Source of the DNA: Nonlabens sp.
Lineage (GTDB): Bacteria; Bacteroidota; Bacteroidia; Flavobacteriales; Flavobacteriaceae
DNA length: 64,000 bases
Direction: 5' to 3'
Assembly (NCBI GenBank): GCA_036796335.1
Contig: DAIRDE010000008.1
Coordinates: 1,777 to 65,776, forward strand
This document shows positions 39,901 to 48,047 of the stretch, piece by piece. The notes under the pieces were generated by a model, which had not been told where the DNA came from, made no database searches, and worked only from the letters and a program-made list of their open reading frames with translations. Position 1 is the stretch's first letter. The number at the start of each line of letters is the position of its first letter. The position numbers were made by a program, and so were the translations under genes.

Positions 39901-39976
39901 CTACAAGATTTTTTACAATCTCATTGTTCTCTTGTAGTTGTATACTGCTTTTCCAGTATTTTTTTGTAGTAGCCAT
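36905..39976 (-). CDS. actB: ACIII ActB (molybdopterin-oxidoreductase-like plus 4Fe-4S ferredoxin domains, Tat signal)
   Basis: Twin-arginine motif TRRDFLKYVGFSTAAASLAA and the Fe-S motifs CTGCGACVIACH, CQHCNHAPCETVCP and CVGTRYCANNCP. The start is taken at MATTKKYW (39976) rather than the ORF-track 40030, which would overlap actA. Confidence 0.9.
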   Translation of the reverse strand: MATTKKYWKSSIQLQENNEIVKNLVENEFVTPIPTESFLGNDKAMESSNTTRRDFLKYVGFSTAAASLAACEGPVIYSVPYVNQPEQLIPGLPNYYATTIADGYDFASVLIKTREGRPIKVESNRDVPHRGHANARVHASVLSLYDTNRLKTPLIKGEKATWEELDKQVAAKLGALNGKQLVLLTQTFASPSVHAIIGLLKAKYSNVKHVIYDSVGEDAALNAFERKYGVRGLADYDFTEAACIVSIGADFVGDWQGGNFDKGYAKSRVPANGQMSHHIQFESNMTLSGASADVRYPLTPTEQKLVLAALYAKFNGGTVSALPDKLNKAVAKTYESLRKAGNKGIVLCGIPDESAQQLTLSLNELIGSTIIDVNAPILTRQGNRKSVDTLLGEMNAGKVGALFTIGVDPVYSHSSGDAFAKAMKKVDLTVSFSTRLDATATASQYVATTPHYLESWGDVEIKKGFVSLMQPTIKPIFRTRQAQDTLLKWAGVETSYKDFLKESAMGLNVSWSQALQNGFYESMAAATAVAESAVAQQPAINDASAFSALANAKKPSGMELVLYTKIGLGNGAQANNPWLQELPDPITRTTWDNYVTMSQADAAKLEITNENTADGSLTGGLVKVTLGGTTANFPVIIQPGQAVGTLGIALGYGQTASIQSEMQTGVNAFPFYVDGVSTQAVKVEKTNGLHPFACTQLQNTMMGRDIIRETTLSTYILGNKDEFNPVPEVSLNHIETPVTSPDVDLWDSFDRTVGHHFNMSIDLNACTGCGACVIACHAENNVPVVGKAEVMKSRDMHWLRIDRYYSSTVSFEKDEEKKDGFSGLFGDNGSLGGFGELEIPAENPQVAFMPLMCQHCNHAPCETVCPVAASSHGRQGQNHMAYNRCVGTRYCANNCPYKVRRFNWFLYNGNDEFDYHMNNDLGRMVINPDVTVRSRGVMEKCSMCIQMTQMVILEAKKDGRAVGEGEFATACSNACSNGAIKFGDVNNKQSEIFALKQQDRMYHLLEEVGTEPNVMYQVKVRNV
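38711..38726. repeat. palindrome copy 9 (perfect, in the actB CDS, read as AFAKA)
   Basis: Read directly from the sequence. The peptide context is GDAFAKAMKK. Confidence 0.97.
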
Positions 39977-39998
39977 AATAATCTCTAACGCTAATTTA

Positions 39999-41330
39999 TT
40001 AATAGTGGCACTTACCACATTCCAGACCACCTAAATCTGCGATAGTCAATTGGCGACCGCCGCGTTTTTCAGATAGTTCTTTGTGAATTTTCTCATAGTA
40101 ACCATTTCCTGCAAGATCTACATTTGTTTCTCTATGACAGTTAATACACCAGCCCATTGTTAACGGGGAGTGTTGATACATAATTTCCATTTCTTCTACC
40201 GGGCCGTGACAGGTCTGACACGCTATTTTGCCAGCGTTTACGTGTTGCGCATGGTTAAAATAAGCTAGGTCGGGTAGGTTGTGTATGCGCACCCATCGCA
40301 CGGGCTCTTCTTTACCTGTAAACGCATTTTGGTTAGGATCCCAACCGGTAGCTGCATACAGTTTTTCAATTTCTTTATTGTAGTCGATACCATACTCTTC
40401 CATTCCTTCTTTATAAGTAGACTCTGCAACCTGATTGATGGATTTGTGACAGTTCATACAAACATTAAGCGATGGGATTCCAGAATGTTTTGACTCCTTA
40501 GCCGATGAGTGACAATAATTACAATCTATCTGGCTGGTACCTGCATGAATACGGTGCGAATAATGGATAGGCTGCACAGGTGCATACCCCTGCTCAAGAC
40601 CCACACTCATCAATCCGCCGTATAAAAAGTATGCACTTGCAAGTAACATAAACACTGCTGATACGAGTACTAAAAATTGGTTTTGTACAAAAGCTTTCCA
40701 TATTGGCAATCTTTCTTCTTTTTCTTCCTCTTCAAATTCCACCTGAATACCATTGGCCTCGGCAAATCGTTTTAGGGTTTTATTTACAACAAATAGCACA
40801 GCAATAAGAAGCGCTAACACTAATGCCAGACCACCTAAAATAATGTTGTTTGTCATCGCATCACCACCACCAGATACAGGAGCAGCAGCACCAGCAACAT
40901 CAACCACAGCTGCGGCGGTAGGTTTAGGGGTGTCTGTATAAGCAAGAATATTATCTATATCGGCATTAGACAACGCAGGAAACGCGTTCATTTTAGACTG
41001 TCCGTACTCGTTGTAAACAGCATTTGCACGCGCATCGCCACTAGCAATAAGCGCTGCTGAGTTTTTTATCCACGAATACAACCATTCCTTTTCATACTTC
41101 TGTGAAACTAAATGTAACTGCGGTCCAACGGCACGCTGGTACAACTTATGACAAGCGGCACAATTTGCTTTAAACAACGCTTCACCAGCGGCAGCATCTA
41201 CAGGAGCAGTAGCTGCAGCATCGGGTGCGGCAGCGGCGTCCTGAGCTTGTAACCCATTAAACGAGAACATTATAAATACCAGCAGCAGAGACACCTGCAA
41301 GAAGGTAAAATGTAATTTCCTTTTTTTCAT
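39999..41330 (-). CDS. actA: ACIII multiheme cytochrome c ActA with an extra N-terminal monoheme domain
   Basis: Six CXXCH motifs are counted: CAACH, CNYCH, CMNCH, CQTCH, CINCH and CGKCH. It has a signal peptide and two internal TM helices. Confidence 0.88.
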   Translation of the reverse strand: MKKRKLHFTFLQVSLLLVFIMFSFNGLQAQDAAAAPDAAATAPVDAAAGEALFKANCAACHKLYQRAVGPQLHLVSQKYEKEWLYSWIKNSAALIASGDARANAVYNEYGQSKMNAFPALSNADIDNILAYTDTPKPTAAAVVDVAGAAAPVSGGGDAMTNNIILGGLALVLALLIAVLFVVNKTLKRFAEANGIQVEFEEEEKEERLPIWKAFVQNQFLVLVSAVFMLLASAYFLYGGLMSVGLEQGYAPVQPIHYSHRIHAGTSQIDCNYCHSSAKESKHSGIPSLNVCMNCHKSINQVAESTYKEGMEEYGIDYNKEIEKLYAATGWDPNQNAFTGKEEPVRWVRIHNLPDLAYFNHAQHVNAGKIACQTCHGPVEEMEIMYQHSPLTMGWCINCHRETNVDLAGNGYYEKIHKELSEKRGGRQLTIADLGGLECGKCHY

Positions 41331-41400
41331 GTTATTAATTGAATATTACAATAACTTTGGCACAGATTTTACAGCTTTATCGACACTCTGTACGCGATTG

Positions 41401-41408
41401 CAAAAATA
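41401..41408 (-). promoter_or_regulatory. candidate -7 box TATTTTTG for the act-cox operon
   Basis: The reverse complement of CAAAAATA matches TAnnTTTG, about 70 nt upstream of the actA ATG. Confidence 0.3.
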
Positions 41409-41476
41409 AGTCATAAACGTCAGATTCTTGCAGTGAATAAATGAAGAAATTAATTTATAGCGATTCTAAATAATTA

Positions 41477-41492
41477 CGCTTTCGCGAAAGCG
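41477..41492. repeat. palindrome copy 10 (perfect, intergenic, in the actA / SPOR-gene divergent spacer)
   Basis: Read directly from the sequence. It lies 27 nt upstream of the SPOR gene ATG. Confidence 0.97.
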
Positions 41493-41518
41493 AAATACCG
41501 CAAAAACCCCATAAACTT

Positions 41519-41899
41519 ATGTACTTAAAGACACGTTATTTAACCGCCTGTGCACTCGTTATCGTATGCGGAATGAACGAGATAAACGCACAAAACACGG
41601 GGCCTTTGAACCCTGTAAGACTAGACTCTCTCGTTGCGACGAGGCTTAAAATGCCGGTACCATCGCGTGTGTCAGGTAATTATATGATTCAACTGTTTTA
41701 TGGTGATAAAATTGCTGCTGAACGCGTTAAGCAAACCTATGATAGTAAGGAATTGCAATGGGAATCTTTTATGAAATATGAGCAGCCTTTTCACAAGGTT
41801 TGGATCGGAAAATTTAAGAATAAAGCCGAAGGTGAACGCGTCCTGAATGAAATGCGCAAAGAGTACCCAAAGGCATTTGTTTTTCTGCCAAAATCGTAA
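41519..41899 (+). CDS. SPOR domain-containing protein
   Basis: Signal peptide plus a ~75-aa C-terminal segment, YMIQLFYGD..VWIGKFKNKAEGERVLNEMRKEYPKAFVF, that is SPOR-like. Confidence 0.7.
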   Translation: MYLKTRYLTACALVIVCGMNEINAQNTGPLNPVRLDSLVATRLKMPVPSRVSGNYMIQLFYGDKIAAERVKQTYDSKELQWESFMKYEQPFHKVWIGKFKNKAEGERVLNEMRKEYPKAFVFLPKS

Positions 41900-41916
41900 A
41901 TAAAAAATAGTCCAAC

Positions 41917-41950
41917 AAAAAAAGCGTTTTCTCGAGAAAACGCTTTTTTT
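41917..41950. terminator. bidirectional intrinsic terminator between the SPOR gene and infB
   Basis: Perfect palindrome GCGTTTTCTCGAGAAAACGC, flanked by an A7 run and a T7 run. Confidence 0.7.
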
Positions 41951-41967
41951 ACACTATCTATTGAAAA

Positions 41968-44844
41968 TTACTTGAGTTTCTTCTTCACCTCTACCTCACG
42001 GAAAGATTCGATGATATCGCCCTCTTGTAAATCGTTGTAATTTTTAATTTGTGCACCGCACTCGTATCCTTTTGCAACTTCTTTTACGTCGTCTTTAAAA
42101 CGTTTAAGTGCTACAAGTTCACCAGTATAAATAACCACGTTGTCTCTTATAAGTCGCACACTACCAGACCTGTATATTTTACCATCCAGTACCATACAAC
42201 CTGCTACTGTACCTAGTTTAGATATTTTAAAGATTGCACGTACCTCTGCACTACCGGTAATTTCTTCTTTAAGTTCGGGCGACAACATGCCTTCCATCGC
42301 GTCTTTAAGATCATTAATAGCGTCGTAGATTATTGAATACATTCTGATATCTACCTCTTCTTGCTCGGCAATCGCACGTGCATTGGCCTGTGGTCGAACG
42401 TTAAATCCTATGATGATCGCATCAGAAGCACTCGCAAGAAGGACATCACTCTCGGTAATCGCTCCCACGGCTTTATGTATGATATTGATTTGTATTTCCT
42501 CGGTAGAAAGTTTTTGGAACGAGTCTGTAAGCGCTTCAACCGATCCATCCACGTCTCCTTTAAGTATCAGGTTAAGTTCTTTGAAATCACCTAGGGCAAT
42601 TCTACGACCTATCTCGTCCAGCGATAATGTTTTTTGTGTTCTAACCGATTGCTCGCGTTGTAACTGTGTACGTCTTGCAGCAATGGTTTTAGCCTCACGT
42701 TCATCTTCAAAAACGTGAAACTTGTCACCCGCTTGCGGCGCACCATCCAGACCTAGAATCGATACTGGTGTAGAGGGTCCAGCAACGGTTACGTTTTGGC
42801 CACGCTCGTCTTGCATTGCCTTTACTTTACCATGAGTTCTACCAGCAAGTACATAATCACCTATTTTTAGGGTACCACCTTGTACTAAAATGGTAGAGAC
42901 ATATCCTCGACCTTTATCAAGAAATGCTTCTACAACGGTTCCTGTGGCAAGTTTGTCTGGGTTTGCTTTAAGATCCAAAAGATCGGCCTCTAATAGTACT
43001 TTTTCTAAAAGTTCTTTAACTCCAAAACCTGTTTTAGCAGATATTTCTTGCGATTGTATTTTACCGCCCCAATCTTCTACAAGAAGATTCATTGCTGCAA
43101 GAGATTCTTTAATCTTTTCAGGTTTTGCGTTTTCGCGGTCCACCTTATTAATTGCAAAAATAATAGGCACATTTGCAGCTTGCGCATGCGAAATGGCTTC
43201 TTTGGTTTGTGGCATCACGTCGTCGTCGGCAGCGATAACAATAATTGCAAGGTCAGTCACTTGCGCACCACGTGCACGCATAGCGGTAAAGGCCTCGTGA
43301 CCAGGTGTGTCTAAAAAGGCAATCTTTTGGCCGTCTTCTAATTGTACACCATAGGCACCTATGTGTTGTGTAATACCACCACTTTCTCCTGCGATAACAT
43401 TTTCTTTACGTATGTAATCTAATAAAGATGTTTTACCGTGGTCTACGTGACCCATAACGGTAACAATTGGAGCGCGGTATATTAAATCTTCTGGAGCATC
43501 TACTGTTGCACTCGCTATTGTTTCTTCTATATCTGCATTTACAAATTCTACATCAAAACCAAATTCCTCGGCAACGATAGACATTGTTTCTGCATCTAAA
43601 CGCTGGTTCATGGTAACCATGAGTCCAAGAGACATACAAGCACCGATGACCTTATTTACAGGAACATCCATCATCGTCGCGATATCATTTACGGTTACAA
43701 ACTCTGTTACCTTAAGTGTTTTATCTTGTGCATCAGCTTCCTCGGCAGCTTCTACTTTTTCACGATGCGAATCACGTTTGTCACGTCTATATCTTGCGGC
43801 TTTGGATTTAGAAGACTTACCCTGAAGTTTTTCGAGGGTCTCGCGTACTTGCTTTTGGATTTCTTCTTCGGTAGGCTCTGCCTTAACGACTGGTTTGCGC
43901 CCTGGTGCCGTATTATTACCTGGGCTTCTTCTATTACCAATAGGTCCAGAACCCGTTTTTCCTGGGACAATACCTGCGCGGGGATTAGCTGCGCCCGGTG
44001 TTTTAGAAATGCGTTTACGTTTGCGTTTATTCGGGTCTTCTTTTTTAGCTGGTTTTGCAAACTTAGATAAGTCGATTTTTTCACCAGTAACCTTTAAGCC
44101 ACCTAATTTTTGGTATTCAGTTGCTATTTTTTCTGGCTCTTCGCTGTTGGGCTCAGGGACGGCAACCTTATTTTCTACCACCTCTTCGCTTTTAGGAGCG
44201 GGCGGATCAACTTCTTTAGCAGGAACGACCGCCTCTTGCGTAGTTACCTTTTGATTTTCAAAAGGTTTTTTAAATTCCTTTTGATTAGGTTTTGAAGGAT
44301 TACTCTTTCTTTTAGGCTCTAAGTCTATTTTACCCATGAGGGTAGTACCTTGCACTCTAGCAGGTCTATTAGAAACCGTTTGAGGTACTGCATTTTCTTC
44401 TACAACCTCAATCGGCTTTTCTTTTAAAGGCTCCTTGAGAACCTCAGGTTCTTTAGCTGGTTCCTGTTTTGGTTCTTCAACAACTGCTTTAACAGCGGGA
44501 TTTAGGTCAATTTTACCTACAGGTCGTGGACCTTCTAGAATTGTTGCCTTAGCCTTTATTACTTCAAAGCGCTTGTTTTTTTCTTCTATTTCCTTTTCTC
44601 GTTGCAGACGCAGTTCCTCTTGTTCTTTGCGTCGTTCAACACCTACCTCTTTAGAAGCTACTTTCTTGCTTTTGTCTTTTTGAAACTCATTTGTTAAAGC
44701 CTGGTAAACGCTCGCACCTACTTTTGTATTGGGGTTGCGTTCTATTTCTATCCCCTTAGAGGATAGAAAATCCACGGCACGTTCTAAAGAAATATTAAAT
44801 TCCTTTAGCACCTTGTTGAGTCTCATGTTGTTTAATTCGGCCAT
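41968..44844 (-). CDS. infB: translation initiation factor IF-2
   Basis: 958 aa with the G-domain motifs [14 protein letters not shown] and NKVD, and a Lys/Glu/Pro-rich N-terminal region. Confidence 0.97.
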   Translation of the reverse strand: MAELNNMRLNKVLKEFNISLERAVDFLSSKGIEIERNPNTKVGASVYQALTNEFQKDKSKKVASKEVGVERRKEQEELRLQREKEIEEKNKRFEVIKAKATILEGPRPVGKIDLNPAVKAVVEEPKQEPAKEPEVLKEPLKEKPIEVVEENAVPQTVSNRPARVQGTTLMGKIDLEPKRKSNPSKPNQKEFKKPFENQKVTTQEAVVPAKEVDPPAPKSEEVVENKVAVPEPNSEEPEKIATEYQKLGGLKVTGEKIDLSKFAKPAKKEDPNKRKRKRISKTPGAANPRAGIVPGKTGSGPIGNRRSPGNNTAPGRKPVVKAEPTEEEIQKQVRETLEKLQGKSSKSKAARYRRDKRDSHREKVEAAEEADAQDKTLKVTEFVTVNDIATMMDVPVNKVIGACMSLGLMVTMNQRLDAETMSIVAEEFGFDVEFVNADIEETIASATVDAPEDLIYRAPIVTVMGHVDHGKTSLLDYIRKENVIAGESGGITQHIGAYGVQLEDGQKIAFLDTPGHEAFTAMRARGAQVTDLAIIVIAADDDVMPQTKEAISHAQAANVPIIFAINKVDRENAKPEKIKESLAAMNLLVEDWGGKIQSQEISAKTGFGVKELLEKVLLEADLLDLKANPDKLATGTVVEAFLDKGRGYVSTILVQGGTLKIGDYVLAGRTHGKVKAMQDERGQNVTVAGPSTPVSILGLDGAPQAGDKFHVFEDEREAKTIAARRTQLQREQSVRTQKTLSLDEIGRRIALGDFKELNLILKGDVDGSVEALTDSFQKLSTEEIQINIIHKAVGAITESDVLLASASDAIIIGFNVRPQANARAIAEQEEVDIRMYSIIYDAINDLKDAMEGMLSPELKEEITGSAEVRAIFKISKLGTVAGCMVLDGKIYRSGSVRLIRDNVVIYTGELVALKRFKDDVKEVAKGYECGAQIKNYNDLQEGDIIESFREVEVKKKLK

Positions 44845-44872
44845 AAATGGTTATGGTTTCTTTTTTTAATTA

Positions 44873-46111
44873 CTAATCTTCAAATTCTGATTTCAGAATA
44901 TTCACGACCTCTATGATAGTTTCTTCTTCTAAATCAGTACGCTTTACTAACTCGGCAATGTCTTTGTCTAGAATTTGTTTTGCGGTATCCAGACCCACGC
45001 GGCTAAACTCTTCTATAATCCAAGATTCTATTTCATCAGAGAACTCTGACAATTCTACATCTTCTTCGGCACCTTCTCTTATAACATCAATCTCATATCC
45101 AGTCAACTTGCCTGCTAATCTAATGTTGTGACCGCGTCGCCCGATTGCTTTAGAAACTTCATCTGGATGCAGACGCACTTCAGCCTTTTTATTTACCTCG
45201 TCTATTTCCATAGACGTAATTTTTGCAGGACTTAACGCTCTTGCAATATAAAGTTGTGTATTGTTGGTATAATTGATAACGTCAATATTCTCGTTACCTA
45301 ATTCTCTAACGATACCGTGTATACGAGATCCTTTTACCCCAACGCATGCACCTACAGGGTCTATACGATCGTCATAGCTATCAACAGCTACTTTAGCCTT
45401 TTCTCCTGGTTCTCTAACAACCCCTTTAATGGTTATAACACCATCAAAAACTTCAGGTATTTCCTGAAAAAACAACTGTTCTAGGAATTTAGGTGACGTT
45501 CTAGAAAGAATAATATTAGGCTTATTACCTCTTAATTCTACACTTTCAATTACACCACGCACTGTTTCACCTTTTCTAAAAAAGTCCGAAGGAATTTGTC
45601 TGTCTTTAGGCATGATAATCTCGTTTCCATCGTCATCCAGCAGGATAATCGCGCGATGTCTCACGTGGTGCACCTCAGCCGTGTACAACTCGCCTTCTAG
45701 CTCTTTAAAATGCTTGTAAATATTGGTGTTATCGTGTTCGTGAATTTTTGCAATAAGATTTTGACGCAACGCAAGAATTGCACGACGCCCTAGTTGTATC
45801 AATTTCACTTCTTCGGCAACATCCTCACCCACTTCATAATCTGGTTCTATCTTTTGTGCTTCAGAAAGTGAAATTTCAGAATTGTCATCCTCTACCTCAC
45901 CATCGGCCACAACGACTCTATTTCTCCAAATCTCAAGGTCACCCTTATCTGGATTTATAATGATGTCAAAATTGTTATCGTCTCCATATTTTCTTTTTAG
46001 AGCGCTTCTAAAAACATCTTCTAAAATCGCCATCAGTGTGACACGATCTATAAATTTATCATCTTTAAACTCAGAAAAAGACTCGATTAATGCGAGATTT
46101 TCCATATTCAC
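44873..46111 (-). CDS. nusA: transcription termination/antitermination factor NusA
   Basis: 412 aa with S1 and KH domain motifs (RTSPKFL, DPVGACVGVKGSRI, AIGRRGHNIRLA). Confidence 0.97.
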   Translation of the reverse strand: MNMENLALIESFSEFKDDKFIDRVTLMAILEDVFRSALKRKYGDDNNFDIIINPDKGDLEIWRNRVVVADGEVEDDNSEISLSEAQKIEPDYEVGEDVAEEVKLIQLGRRAILALRQNLIAKIHEHDNTNIYKHFKELEGELYTAEVHHVRHRAIILLDDDGNEIIMPKDRQIPSDFFRKGETVRGVIESVELRGNKPNIILSRTSPKFLEQLFFQEIPEVFDGVITIKGVVREPGEKAKVAVDSYDDRIDPVGACVGVKGSRIHGIVRELGNENIDVINYTNNTQLYIARALSPAKITSMEIDEVNKKAEVRLHPDEVSKAIGRRGHNIRLAGKLTGYEIDVIREGAEEDVELSEFSDEIESWIIEEFSRVGLDTAKQILDKDIAELVKRTDLEEETIIEVVNILKSEFED

Positions 46112-46115
46112 TTAA

Positions 46116-46583
46116 TTAATTAAAGGTTATAATAACTTTAGCTTGTTTAATATTATCAAAAGGTATAGACCAATGTTTGGTCACCGTTTCTTTGCCTTTC
46201 CCCAGGGCTTTTGCTTCTCGCGCTTGCCACTCTAGTGTAATCTCGTTAGACACAACTTTTAAGAGTTTACCACTTTGTTTTTCATTGCTGGTACTTACTA
46301 CCTCTAGCTCACGTCCCACATTCTTTGCATACTGTCGCAAATTCACAAGCGGCTTACCTACTCCGGCACTGGTAACTTCTAATGAAAAGTCTACCTCTTC
46401 TCGGTCTAGCTGGTGTTCTACCGCTCTAGAAACAAAAATACAATCGGCAACTTTTAAATCGTTATCACCATCTATAACGACTTTAATATCCCCACCTGTG
46501 CTGATGTCACAAGACACCAAAAACAAATCGGGACGCTCTTCAAAGGCATCATCCAATAGCTTATCTACTTTCTCTTTCAACAT
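46116..46583 (-). CDS. rimP: ribosome maturation factor RimP
   Basis: The 155-aa form starting MLKEKVDKLLDDAFEERPDLFLV fits RimP. The longer ORF-track form up to 46772 would overlap the divergent usp gene. Confidence 0.85.
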   Translation of the reverse strand: MLKEKVDKLLDDAFEERPDLFLVSCDISTGGDIKVVIDGDNDLKVADCIFVSRAVEHQLDREEVDFSLEVTSAGVGKPLVNLRQYAKNVGRELEVVSTSNEKQSGKLLKVVSNEITLEWQAREAKALGKGKETVTKHWSIPFDNIKQAKVIITFN

Positions 46584-46585
46584 AT

Positions 46586-46617
46586 TTTTATAAAAAGAGG
46601 GGACTTGGGTCCCCTCG
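46586..46617 (-). terminator. intrinsic-terminator-like hairpin in the rimP-nusA-infB leader (candidate attenuator)
   Basis: On the minus strand, the 8-bp stem GAGGGGAC/GTCCCCTC (46616..46609 and 46604..46597) with a 4-nt loop is followed by TTTTTAT. It ends about 7 nt before the rimP ATG. Confidence 0.5.
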
Positions 46618-46635
46618 CATTGTTCAAATACTTTG

Positions 46636-46643
46636 CAAATATA
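46636..46643 (-). promoter_or_regulatory. candidate -7 box TATATTTG for rimP-nusA-infB
   Basis: The reverse complement of CAAATATA matches TAnnTTTG, 53 nt upstream of the rimP ATG and upstream of the leader hairpin. Confidence 0.3.
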
Positions 46644-46733
46644 GTACTTTTTTGAGGTTTTGCAACTTACCCACTTCAAGATGCTGATTTGTAACTTTTT
46701 TTGTACATTTAGGAGCCTAATCAATCCAACATT

Positions 46734-47555
46734 ATGAAAAAAATAATCGTACCTACAGATTTCTCTACACAAGCAGAGAATGCTTTAAGAGTTGCAGCTG
46801 ACATAGCGCGCGAAAATGATGGAGAAATATTTCTATTACATCTTTTAGACTTACCCCTGCACCTTTCTAACAATGGTAGTTCAGACCTACCTGAGGTATT
46901 GTTTTTTATGAAACTTGCTAAAGAAAAATTTGACGACCTTATGCGTTCTGACTTTTTAAAAGATATCACTGTACACGGGGACGTTGAAACTGGAGCTGCC
47001 TTTAGTGGTATTATGAATGTAGTAAAACGCCATAAAGGTGACCTTATCGTTATGGGCAGCCACGGCACAGGTGGCGTTAAAAATATGTTTGTAGGATCTA
47101 ATGCCGAAAAAGTCGTTAGAAACTCAGAAGTGCCCGTGCTAGTCGTAAAAGAACGCAAGAAAAAACTAGACGTAAATAACATGGTTTTTGCAACAGACTT
47201 AGACCCTGAAGCTGTGGGCGCATTTCAACAAGTTTGCGCATTTGCAAGGAAAACAAATTGTAAATTACATTTATTGTATGTAAACACACCATCTAGGTTT
47301 TTATCAAGTAAAAAAGCCGAAGACATGGTACGCGAATACTTAAAGCACACCGACGAAGAACCCACTGACTACACCATTTACAATGACTATTCTATAGAAG
47401 AGGGCGTCTTTAATTACACACAAACAATTAAGGGAGATATTATCGCCATTGCAAACCACGGTCCTAAAGGACTATCCCACTTTTTTAACGGCAGCGTTAG
47501 TGACGATATTGTAAATCACTCTTCGTTACCTGTGATTACCTTTAGGATTTCCTAA
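46734..47555 (+). CDS. universal stress protein (tandem Usp domains)
   Basis: MKKIIVPTDFS.. and two Usp-like halves, each with G..G motifs (GSHGTGG in the first, HGPKG in the second). Confidence 0.85.
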   Translation: MKKIIVPTDFSTQAENALRVAADIARENDGEIFLLHLLDLPLHLSNNGSSDLPEVLFFMKLAKEKFDDLMRSDFLKDITVHGDVETGAAFSGIMNVVKRHKGDLIVMGSHGTGGVKNMFVGSNAEKVVRNSEVPVLVVKERKKKLDVNNMVFATDLDPEAVGAFQQVCAFARKTNCKLHLLYVNTPSRFLSSKKAEDMVREYLKHTDEEPTDYTIYNDYSIEEGVFNYTQTIKGDIIAIANHGPKGLSHFFNGSVSDDIVNHSSLPVITFRIS

Positions 47556-47680
47556 ATAAATAGGTGTTAGACCCTATTTAAAAAACTAATACCTGTTAAT
47601 GCTAAGAGCCAAAAAGGATAAGCGACAACTTTAAAAAAGACTGTTAAAATCACAAACAGTACAAACTTGTAATTATTCTA

Positions 47681-47724
47681 AAAACAAAAAAACCTCAACT
47701 ACCTTAAAAACAGGTTATTGAGGT
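47681..47724 (-). terminator. probable terminator after tRNA-Gln
   Basis: Interrupted stem ACCTCAA..ACCT/AGGT..TTGAGGT, followed on the minus strand by TTTTTTGTTTTT. It begins about 10 nt past the tRNA 3-prime end. Confidence 0.45.
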
Positions 47725-47733
47725 TTTAAAAAG

Positions 47734-47804
47734 TTGTCCCACAAGGACTCGAACCTTGAATGACGGTACCAAAAACCGGAGTGTTACCATTACACCATGG
47801 GACA
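47734..47804 (-). tRNA. tRNA-Gln (anticodon UUG)
   Basis: Hand-folded cloverleaf: acceptor TGTCCCA/TGGGACA with the U1:A72 pair typical of bacterial tRNA-Gln, D arm GTGT-AATGGTA-ACAC, anticodon arm CCGGT-TTTTGGT-ACCGT (one C:U mismatch), and T arm CAAGG-TTCGAGT-CCTTG. No CCA is encoded. Confidence 0.9.
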
Positions 47805-48047
47805 ATTTTGGATTGCAAATGTAGTACAATTCCTAAATCACGCAAAAAAAAATTGCAAATTTTACATAACAGTAAAATTAAGTAGTTAAATAATTGTTTT
47901 ATAGCAGTTTATAAAACACCTGAAGCGCAAAATGAAAACCTGTGTTTGCCTCAATTCACAATTTATAACACAACAAGTGTATCTCTTCAACGTTTTACGG
48001 TGGTGTAAACACATAAAATCTTATTTTCGCAACTATTAAATAACTCT

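Noticed and set aside
41358-41373. Sigma-54-like element TGGCAC-N5-TTACA on the plus strand, upstream of the SPOR gene.
   Set aside because: The -12 element reads TTACA rather than TTGCA, so the near-invariant GC dinucleotide is broken. It also lies about 145 nt from the ATG. A single near-match in 64 kb is expected by chance.
46584-46772. The long 218-aa form of the rimP ORF.
   Set aside because: The extension (MCREICRYDYFF..) has no RimP similarity and overlaps the divergent usp start, the candidate promoter and the leader hairpin. The Met at 46583 gives a canonical RimP N-terminus.
47734-47804. The C27:U43 mismatch and G37 in tRNA-Gln, considered as a sign of a pseudo-tRNA.
   Set aside because: All other stems, the U33 position, the T-loop TTCGAGT and the U1:A72 identity pair are intact. 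A single anticodon-stem mismatch is common in functional tRNAs.
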